Source: Thermoplasmata archaeon (GTDB lineage Archaea; Thermoplasmatota; Thermoplasmata; Sysuiplasmatales; Sysuiplasmataceae). From it: 37,167 nucleotides of DNA. The notes under the pieces were generated by a model. The model was not told the DNA's origin and searched no databases. It saw only the letters and a list, made by a program, of their open reading frames with translations. Within the stretch, counting starts at the first letter, position 1; every line of letters begins with the position of its first letter. The position numbers and the translations under genes are program-made. The DNA lies in assembly GCA_021796175.1 (NCBI GenBank), contig JAJYOM010000001.1, positions 1-37,167 of the forward strand, read 5' to 3'. Positions 9,917 to 16,394 of this stretch are shown here, in pieces.

Positions 9917-10956
9917 GCCCTGGCCCTCCGCACAGTTCTCTGCTGTGCCATCACATGCTGGTTGCCTGACTCTTCGTCCCTCAGTTTGTGTCCTGTGAAT
10001 TCAAGATAAACCTCGTCCAGCGTGGGCTTAGTCAGCGATATCCTGTCCACGTGGTAACCTGCTGACCTGACAGCATCCATAATTGCAGGAGCCGTCTCCT
10101 CCCCCATATCGGCCTTAATCCTGTAATGGTCATCCTCCTTCCTTACCGAAATCACCTTGTCCACTCCGGATATCAGGGAAGTAAGATCCACATCTTTCTC
10201 CTTGATACCGAGCTCAATTGCATCTCCGCCCACGCTTGCCTTCAGTTCCGAAGTCGTGCCGATCCTCACTATCTTCCCGTTGTCGATTATTCCTACACGA
10301 TCACAAAGGCCATCCGCCTCCTCAAGGTAGTGTGTTGTCACGAACAGCGTCATCCTGTACTCCTCCTTCAGAAGCCGGATGTATCGCCAGACAGCAGTTC
10401 TGGTCTGTACATCAAGTCCGAGTGTAGGTTCGTCCAGGAACAGGACTCTCGGGTGATTGACAAGCCCACAGGCGAGCTCAAGTCTGCGCCTCATCCCGCC
10501 TGAATATGTGGATACTTTCCGGCCGGATGCATCCTGCAGCTCCACCAGTGCAAGCAGTTCGTCCGCCCTCTTCCTTCCGATTTCCTTCGGAATTCCGTAC
10601 AGGTTGGCAAAGAGCATTATGTTCTCTATGCCTGTCATGTCCTCATCAGCTGTGTATTCCTGCGGAACCACACCGACAGACCATCTGACCTGCTGAGGAC
10701 TCTTTCTGAGATCATGGCCGCAAATTACCGCATCTCCGGATGTTGGCTTGAGCAGCGTTGTAAGCATCTTTATTGTTGTTGTCTTGCCTGCACCGTTGGG
10801 ACCAAGAAAACCGAATATCTCCCCTTCGTAGACTTTGAAGGATATCGAATCCACAGCTCTCAGTTTGTTGTCAAAAACCCTCGTCAGTTTTTCCACGTCT
10901 ATTATTGACGTCCTTCCATTCTCCCCTGATGTTTGAGCATCTATTGACTGTTCCAT
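9913..10956 (-). CDS. ABC transporter ATP-binding protein (DrrA/daunorubicin-resistance-like)
   Basis: Walker A GPNGAGKTTTIKML, Q-loop VGVVPQ, signature YSGGMRRRLELACGL, Walker B LFLDEPTLGLD, plus a C-terminal regulatory-type extension. Confidence 0.9.
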   Translation of the reverse strand: MEQSIDAQTSGENGRTSIIDVEKLTRVFDNKLRAVDSISFKVYEGEIFGFLGPNGAGKTTTIKMLTTLLKPTSGDAVICGHDLRKSPQQVRWSVGVVPQEYTADEDMTGIENIMLFANLYGIPKEIGRKRADELLALVELQDASGRKVSTYSGGMRRRLELACGLVNHPRVLFLDEPTLGLDVQTRTAVWRYIRLLKEEYRMTLFVTTHYLEEADGLCDRVGIIDNGKIVRIGTTSELKASVGGDAIELGIKEKDVDLTSLISGVDKVISVRKEDDHYRIKADMGEETAPAIMDAVRSAGYHVDRISLTKPTLDEVYLEFTGHKLRDEESGNQHVMAQQRTVRRARA

Positions 10957-10971
10957 ACACCGTGCCTCCCT

Positions 10972-11526
10972 TCATTCCTGTTCTGTCGAGGAAATGCCTT
11001 CAATCTTCACTGTTTCAGACTGTTTCAGCTCGAGCTTCCCGACTGCGCGCCTCAGCTCCCCGAGTGCCTGTGTGATAAGGTACTCCGACTCAGACGATGA
11101 AAGCCTGAACTGCTTGCCGCCCGCTGCCGCCTCGATTGTGGAAAGGTTCATTCTCAGCCTCCTCAGGAGGTGCTCCGCAATGTTATCCGGCTTCATTATG
11201 CCAAGCCAGATCCTTCCAAAATCCAGTCCAAGTCCGCGGCTGACCGATGCCTGCTCCTGCATTACTTCCAGGACAGACCTTCCTTTCCTTGTAATCGAGT
11301 AGACTGTCCTTCCGCGTTCCTTCCTGGCAACAGCAAGCCCCTCCTGTGCTAGCTTGTGAAGTGCAGGGTATATAGCACCGGCTCCCGGTTTCCACTGGTG
11401 ATCGCTCAGCTCGAAAAGTTCTGCAGCAACCATATTGCCGTAAACGGGACCATTCCGCATCATGCTCAGCGCGCATATACGGATAAACCCCCTGCTCCAC
11501 GAAGTTTGATAGCCGGCATGCCTCAT
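10972..11526 (-). CDS. PadR-family transcriptional regulator
   Basis: Winged-helix core GPVYGNMVAAELFELSDHQWKPGAGAIYPALHKLAQEGLAVARKERGRTVYSITRKG. I place the start at ATG 11526 (MRHAGYQ...) because a TATA-like box sits 25-31 nt upstream. The longer track ORF (to 11697) reads through the promoter repeat. Confidence 0.8.
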   Translation of the reverse strand: MRHAGYQTSWSRGFIRICALSMMRNGPVYGNMVAAELFELSDHQWKPGAGAIYPALHKLAQEGLAVARKERGRTVYSITRKGRSVLEVMQEQASVSRGLGLDFGRIWLGIMKPDNIAEHLLRRLRMNLSTIEAAAGGKQFRLSSSESEYLITQALGELRRAVGKLELKQSETVKIEGISSTEQE

Positions 11527-11550
11527 GGTGCGTTTATAGCCCGAGTCTGA

Positions 11551-11574
11551 TATATAACGATATCGATATCGATA
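11551..11574 (-). promoter_or_regulatory. TATA-like box (TTATATA on - strand, 11551-11557) abutting a palindromic (CGATAT)n repeat, 11558-11574; probable PadR promoter/operator
   Basis: CGATATCGATATCGATA contains the overlapping perfect palindromes CGATATCGATATCG and TATCGATATCGATA. It lies 32-48 nt upstream of ATG 11526, in the divergent intergenic region. Confidence 0.45.
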
Positions 11575-11714
11575 CTTTACCGTTGCCGTCGGACTGAAAA
11601 ATCGGGCCGCGAAACTGACGGTCCCGAAAAGCAGGGATACACAATGTGATAACAACATGATGAAGTCTTTATACGAGGCTGCCAGTTTGTTGCACACGCA
11701 CAGGGTGGTTGGAA

Positions 11715-12173
11715 ATGCGTGCGGGCAGAATAGCTGGTACGGTGACAGGTATTGCCATGCTTGTCGCTTTGTTCCTGATTCCCTTTGGTACGATTCCCGG
11801 TTTCATAGCGCACAATTCCACCCTGTACTCAGCTTTCAGGAATGCTACGACTGGACTGCCGCAGATGCAGTCAGCAGGGAATGCCGAGATTGCAGCCACT
11901 TTTATAACTATCGCGGCAGGCATCCTGATACTGATTGCGGGACTATTGGGCGCCTTTCCACTTGGCTCTGGGATAATAGGCATACTGGGAATGACGGTCC
12001 TTACCGCAGGAGCCTATTCCACACTGGGTATTTCCTCAAGTTCAGGGATGACATTCGGGCCCGGCTACTACATCATTTGGGTAGCATCTGCGGCTGCCTT
12101 TTGTTTCTCTTTTTTGCTGAGAGGGCACGGTACAGAAAGCTCCGGTAGTCTGGATGACCTGGAAACTGCATGA
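11715..12173 (+). CDS. Hypothetical small membrane protein (about 4 TM segments)
   Basis: Hydrophobic Gly/Ala/Ile-rich ORF (GIAMLVALFLIPFG..., FITIAAGILILIAGLLGAFPLGSGIIGILGMTVL...). ATG 11715 (TTG 11709 in the track). The overlapping frame 11657-12148 is Cys/Trp/His/Arg-rich and looks non-coding. Confidence 0.45.
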   Translation: MRAGRIAGTVTGIAMLVALFLIPFGTIPGFIAHNSTLYSAFRNATTGLPQMQSAGNAEIAATFITIAAGILILIAGLLGAFPLGSGIIGILGMTVLTAGAYSTLGISSSSGMTFGPGYYIIWVASAAAFCFSFLLRGHGTESSGSLDDLETA

Positions 12174-12342
12174 CGACATAATGCTGCAGGAAGAGCTGAT
12201 TTCATCTGAAACGCCCAGTCTTAAAACACAGTCTGCAGCAGAGTAAATTGGCCCAATTGCATGTCCGCCTGATGGCTATCATTTTCCACACTTGTCAAAT
12301 AAGCCAGATTACCTTCATGTGGTTCATAAAGACGGGAAATGA

Positions 12343-12726
12343 ATGCTGAATGTTCTGTATGTGGATGAAGATGCCTCGCCACTGGAGCCCATAAAGCTCC
12401 TGCTTGAGATGACTGCAGAAATGAAAGTTGAAGTTGCTCAGAACATACCAGACGGATTCGCCAGGGCCATGTTTGGCGGAATGGACGTCATAGTGTTCGG
12501 CTGCAGAAAGGGAGACACGAGGTGCGTTGATTTTATCAGAAGCCTGAGGAGGAATGGAAGCAGTGTGCCGCTCGTAATGTTCGCAGACGCATTCAGTGAG
12601 AAGCTGAAGAACGAAGTGCTGAAGTGGACGGGAAGTGCATTTCTTTACAGGGAAAACAATCCGACAAGGGAGCTGCTGCTTCTGACAGATGAGATCAACC
12701 GTCTCACAGGAAACAAGACTATCTGA
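12343..12726 (+). CDS. Stand-alone receiver (CheY-like) domain protein lacking the phospho-acceptor Asp (pseudo-receiver)
   Basis: Beta1 VLYVDED, beta3 DVIVFGC (Gly codon 12499-12501 where CheY has Asp57), beta4 PLVMFAD (Thr87 position is Ala), FLYRENN (Lys109 position is Arg). No output domain. Confidence 0.6.
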   Translation: MLNVLYVDEDASPLEPIKLLLEMTAEMKVEVAQNIPDGFARAMFGGMDVIVFGCRKGDTRCVDFIRSLRRNGSSVPLVMFADAFSEKLKNEVLKWTGSAFLYRENNPTRELLLLTDEINRLTGNKTI

Positions 12727-12832
12727 GATCTTGCGCTGCGGAAACAACACAATTGTGCCACAGCAACCGTGATTGACGGTGAACGGAAGAGTATTGAACT
12801 GCCCGGGGGATGGGGATAACCGGGTTTGTCAC

Positions 12833-14008
12833 ATGAACATTCGTGAACTCCCTGACACCGGAACTTTTGATATCATCAATGCGGTGCTTGGGAAACTGGA
12901 GCGCGGAGAGAAAATGATTTCCCTGGCAGTTGGAGAGCCTCTTTATGACACACCGCAGGAAGTGGTTGAGGAGGCATACCGCAGCATGAAGGAGGGCAAT
13001 ACGCACTATGCTGCCCCTGCAGGACTGCTGTCGTTCAGAAAGACGGCGGCAGCCAAGGTGCAGGACAAGAATGGCATAGAATGTTCCGAGTCTAATTGCA
13101 TGTTCATGACTGAGAAAATGGCGATATACTCGTCTTTCCTGGCAGTATCTGGCGGCCAGAGAAATGAAATACTGCTCCCTGACCCGGGGTTCTTCTACAC
13201 AGAACCAGCTCTGCTGGCAGGCCTCACTCCGGTCTACTACAACACGGCGGGAAGCTCCCGCAAACTGTCTGAGGAAATTGTATCAAATATCGGAAACAGG
13301 ACCGCTGCTGCAGTTGTCAATGATCCAAACAATCCAACCGGTGGTGTGATGGATGAGGCAGATGTTCGGAGAATATATGAGTCATGCAGCAAGGAGGGGT
13401 GCATACTGATCAGCGATGAGGCGTACGAGGATCTTGTCTATGGCAAAAGACATATTTCGCCAGGCAGTTTTGAGAGTCGACCCTCGACTGTAGTCTCGCT
13501 CTTTACACTGTCCAAAAGCTATTCGATGACTGGATGGAGGGCCGGTTACGCTGTCGCGCCGCCTGATTTGCTGAAAAGAATGATCACATTTGTGGAGCAC
13601 ACTTGCACTTGTTTTCCGCCCTTCATACAGAAAGCTGCGGAATTTGCAATTCAGAATTGCGACCGGCACATCGCCAGATTCAGGCAAGAATTCAGTCAGA
13701 AGAGAGATATTGTCCAGAAAGGGCTAAGGGACATAAGAGAAATTCACCTGCCGGACATCGACGGTGCCTTCTACGCATTTCCGGAATATGAACTGGATAT
13801 GAGTTCAGCAGAATTGAGCAGGAGACTCCTTGAAGAGCGTGGCGTCGCGGTCCTGCCTGGCAGCGCATTCGGCAAAAACGGTGAAAGGCATTTCAGGCTC
13901 TCTTTTTCGGGAAATGTGGAGGATATTGAGACTGGAATACGATTGGTGAGTGAGTTCTTCGATGATTCAACGGCTGTTAACCGGGCTAAAAGTGAAAGAA
14001 ACGCCTGA
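12833..14008 (+). CDS. Class I/II pyridoxal-phosphate aminotransferase (aspartate/aromatic aminotransferase-like)
   Basis: ISLAVGEPLYDTP, NDPNNPTGG, ISDEAYEDLVY and the PLP-lysine motif SKSYSMTGWRAGY. ATG 12833 gives a normal N-terminus. The track starts at TTG 12773. Confidence 0.9.
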   Translation: MNIRELPDTGTFDIINAVLGKLERGEKMISLAVGEPLYDTPQEVVEEAYRSMKEGNTHYAAPAGLLSFRKTAAAKVQDKNGIECSESNCMFMTEKMAIYSSFLAVSGGQRNEILLPDPGFFYTEPALLAGLTPVYYNTAGSSRKLSEEIVSNIGNRTAAAVVNDPNNPTGGVMDEADVRRIYESCSKEGCILISDEAYEDLVYGKRHISPGSFESRPSTVVSLFTLSKSYSMTGWRAGYAVAPPDLLKRMITFVEHTCTCFPPFIQKAAEFAIQNCDRHIARFRQEFSQKRDIVQKGLRDIREIHLPDIDGAFYAFPEYELDMSSAELSRRLLEERGVAVLPGSAFGKNGERHFRLSFSGNVEDIETGIRLVSEFFDDSTAVNRAKSERNA

Positions 14009-14044
14009 AATCGGTAATGCTAAAATACAGTACTTGATAGGCCA

Positions 14045-14503
14045 TTGCTGGTTTCGATGGAATCGTACAAGCTGACGGCTCTTTCAGTAATGATCGTGAC
14101 CTGGATAGAATTCGTCATAGCGGCAATGGTCGTATTTCTTGATCCGCACTACAATGACTTTCCATACTCAACGATTGTGTTCACATGGCCCGGCATCCTG
14201 GAAGAGATACACAGAATATGGGCGGTCGTCCTCATAGTAGTCTTCATTGTCAATCTTGCAGTCGTCTACGTGCGCGGTAAAGAAGCGAAGCGCCTGAGGA
14301 TGCTTTCCTGGGCAGCCTTTATTCTGCTCATCCTGCAGGCATTACTGGGCGGAATAACGATTTACAGCGCAGATCATCCAGCTAATGTTATAATGCATGA
14401 GGGAAACGCGGGGGTGCTAATGCTGGTCAGTTCTCTCCTGGCTGCTTATGCTCTTTATTCATTCCAGCAGAAGAGTCCGAAAGCCACGCAAGCATCACAG
14501 TGA
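14045..14503 (+). CDS. Half-size (4-TM) CtaA/COX15-like membrane protein, putative compact heme A synthase subunit (copy A)
   Basis: Four hydrophobic helices with conserved His positions: EEIHRIWAVVLIV (ExxHR-like) and VIMHEGNAG. It is a paralogue of the convergent ORF 14427-14876. The start may be ATG 14057. The functional assignment is tentative. Confidence 0.5.
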   Translation: MLVSMESYKLTALSVMIVTWIEFVIAAMVVFLDPHYNDFPYSTIVFTWPGILEEIHRIWAVVLIVVFIVNLAVVYVRGKEAKRLRMLSWAAFILLILQALLGGITIYSADHPANVIMHEGNAGVLMLVSSLLAAYALYSFQQKSPKATQASQ

Positions 14504-14876
14504 AACCAGCTGCGGCTATAATCAGGCCGCTGACTGAAAAGTGAACAATCACCACATAATTGCTGATCTGGCTTCCCAGCGTGTAGGGTATGAAGAGGCC
14601 GATAATCGACTGGAGAACAATGAGACCAAGTGTGATGTGCGAAGCAATGAATGCCCGCGTGCCTCTAAGCCATACGGGAAGGATAATCCATGATGCTATC
14701 AGCACCAGTGCAAAGATTCTGTGCACGAGAGGAAGGTAAGCAGGATAAGTGGTGGGGAATGAGGAAATGCTGAATCCCGCATTGGAAGGATCGCTGAATG
14801 TCACAAGGGCACCAAGCGTGTATTCCACCAGTACAAGGAGTCCAAGCACTATTCCTGTCTTCTTCTCGGTGTTCAC
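14427..14876 (-). CDS. Half-size (4-TM) CtaA/COX15-like membrane protein (copy B)
   Basis: PLVHRIFALVLIA, LIVLQSIIGL and VVIVHFSVSG align with IHRIWAVVLIV, LLILQALLGG and NVIMHEGNAG of copy A. GTG start at 14876 has a TATA-like box 21-28 nt upstream. The 3' end overlaps copy A by 77 nt. Confidence 0.5.
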   Translation of the reverse strand: MNTEKKTGIVLGLLVLVEYTLGALVTFSDPSNAGFSISSFPTTYPAYLPLVHRIFALVLIASWIILPVWLRGTRAFIASHITLGLIVLQSIIGLFIPYTLGSQISNYVVIVHFSVSGLIIAAAGFTVMLAWLSDSSAGMNKEHKQPGEN

Positions 14877-14896
14877 GATGTCAGATTTCCTTCTAG

Positions 14897-14904
14897 TTTA
14901 AAAA
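14897..14904 (-). promoter_or_regulatory. TATA-like box (TTTTTAAA on - strand) for ORF 14427-14876
   Basis: Located 21-28 nt upstream of GTG 14876. Confidence 0.4.
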
Positions 14905-14919
14905 CAGTTCCAAATCAGG

Positions 14920-15038
14920 ATGCACAGCAGCGTGCTGGGCAGCTGGAATCCCTCACTCCCCTGCCATCCCTTTTTCGAAACAGAACGCTGAGAACAATTT
15001 GACTCACAAATGCAGGACAGCGTGCTGGAAGTGGAGTC
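14920..15038. repeat. Two ~30-nt imperfect direct repeats spaced 90 bp apart in the intergenic region
   Basis: Copies at 14920-14950 and 15010-15038 share ATGCA-N3-CAGCGTGCTGG-N3/5-TGGA-N-TC. The perfect 11-mer CAGCGTGCTGG is at 14928-14938 and 15018-15028. Confidence 0.5.
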
Positions 15039-15109
15039 GACGGCAATTCAGCAAGCCAATACAGCTGAGTCCTGCCTGTGTGGCAGCATAGCTGCAATTC
15101 CGTGCCGGA

Positions 15110-16162
15110 TCACTCGAACACAATGAGTGGTTTGATGACACCCTCAAGCTTCTTGTCCATTGTACCGAATGCCTCTTCAATTCTGTCAAAACTGAATTTG
15201 TGCGTCGTCATTCTTGTCGGATCGATCCTCTTCATTTCAAGAAGCCTCAACAGTCTTTCCATTCTCAAACGGCCGCCGGGGCAAAGGCCTGTAACAATTG
15301 TCTTTTCCGCCATCCCCACTCCCCACTCTTCCCTGGGAATGTTAATAAATTCCCCCTCTCCGTGATATCCGATATTGGATATGTAGCCTCCAGGCTTGGT
15401 TACCTTCACGCAGTTCTGAAAGGCAGCGTCCGAGCCTAAGGCCTCTATAAATGCATCGACACCCCGGTCATCAGTCAGCTCCATTATGCGTTTGACCACA
15501 TCCTCACGGGAGTAGTCCACGATATAATCTGCCCCATACTCTCGCGCAAGCTTCTGCCTCTCGAAAATATCTTCAACACCGATTATAAGCCCAGCTCCCA
15601 TCAGTCTTGCACCTGCAGTGGCCATCAGCCCTACAGGACCCTCGCCGAAAATGGCGACTGTCCCACCAACAGGTATGTGTGCGCTTTCAGCACCCATGAA
15701 ACCAGTGGACATCATTTCGGAGCAGTATACAGCAGCATCATCGCTCACGGCTTCGGGTATTTTTGCCATGTTGGCATCCGCCTGATTCACATGGAAAAAT
15801 TCGGCAAAAACACCGTCTTTGGTATTGGAAAACTTCCAGCCGCCCAGGGGGGCACCTGATTGGGAAGGATGGCCATCCTGCGAAGCCTGATCCATCCAGT
15901 CGGGCGTAATTGCACCTACTACGACCCTGTCGCCCTGTTTGAACAGCCTGACATTTGAACCAACCTCGTGAACAATTCCCACTGCCTCATGACCCAGTGT
16001 CATGTTCACCCTCCGACCGATCGCACCCCTTACTGTGTGCAAGTCCGAAGTGCAAATGAGTGCCCTTGTTGTCTTCACTATTGCATCATCCGGCCCGGGC
16101 ACAGGTATAAGCTTCTCCGTCATGCCTGTTTCACCGATCGTCCTCATTACGAATGCCTTCAT
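15110..16162 (-). CDS. Zinc-dependent medium-chain alcohol dehydrogenase, TbADH/secondary-ADH-like
   Basis: Collinear with my recollection of Thermoanaerobacter brockii ADH: MKAFVM..., ICTSDLH (Cys37), LGHEAVG (His59/Glu60), GWKFSNTKDGVFAEFFHVN, GEGPVGLMA (Rossmann), LCPGGRLRMERL. Start taken at MKAFVM (16162). The track ORF extends to 16213. Confidence 0.9.
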   Translation of the reverse strand: MKAFVMRTIGETGMTEKLIPVPGPDDAIVKTTRALICTSDLHTVRGAIGRRVNMTLGHEAVGIVHEVGSNVRLFKQGDRVVVGAITPDWMDQASQDGHPSQSGAPLGGWKFSNTKDGVFAEFFHVNQADANMAKIPEAVSDDAAVYCSEMMSTGFMGAESAHIPVGGTVAIFGEGPVGLMATAGARLMGAGLIIGVEDIFERQKLAREYGADYIVDYSREDVVKRIMELTDDRGVDAFIEALGSDAAFQNCVKVTKPGGYISNIGYHGEGEFINIPREEWGVGMAEKTIVTGLCPGGRLRMERLLRLLEMKRIDPTRMTTHKFSFDRIEEAFGTMDKKLEGVIKPLIVFE

Positions 16163-16364
16163 CATTTTCCTTTTTGATGCCGCGCTGCCTATACTCTTGC
16201 TGAGAAGCTGCATCGGTAGTTCCTCTGGGTGTTTGTAGAATTTCTGTTCTAGATATATGGAATACCGAACATGTTATGCATTTGGTTTAAAGCCGCGCTA
16301 AAATCAGTCACGGTAGCAATTTGTCCCCTGCGTGTCCCCTATCGATCCCACATAAGATGAAAGG

Positions 16365-16372
16365 ATAATTAA
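16365..16372 (+). promoter_or_regulatory. TATA-like box (ATAATTAA) for the tricorn protease gene
   Basis: Located 23-30 nt upstream of ATG 16395. A GTCCCCT x2 direct repeat lies at about 16323-16340, further upstream. Confidence 0.4.
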
Positions 16373-16394
16373 GTGGAATCCATTTGACTGAGCC

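Noticed and set aside
11527-11697. N-terminal 57-aa extension of the PadR ORF containing the KYRYRYRY repeat.
   Set aside because: The repeat is simply the translation of the CGATAT promoter palindrome. The TATA box lies inside the extension, and the PadR homology starts after Met-58.
11657-12148. 163-aa ORF overlapping the small membrane protein gene in another frame.
   Set aside because: Its Cys/Trp/His/Arg-rich composition looks non-coding. The overlapping frame (11715-12173) gives coherent TM helices.
12295-12750. 151-aa antisense ORF covering the receiver-domain gene.
   Set aside because: The + frame aligns residue by residue to the CheY fold. The antisense frame has no recognisable features.
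12721-12832. CTGAGA motif and a CCCGG...CCGGG hairpin followed by TTTGT between the receiver and aminotransferase genes; considered as a TPP-type riboswitch or terminator.
   Set aside because: No other TPP riboswitch consensus elements are present. The stem is only 5 bp and the T-run is short.
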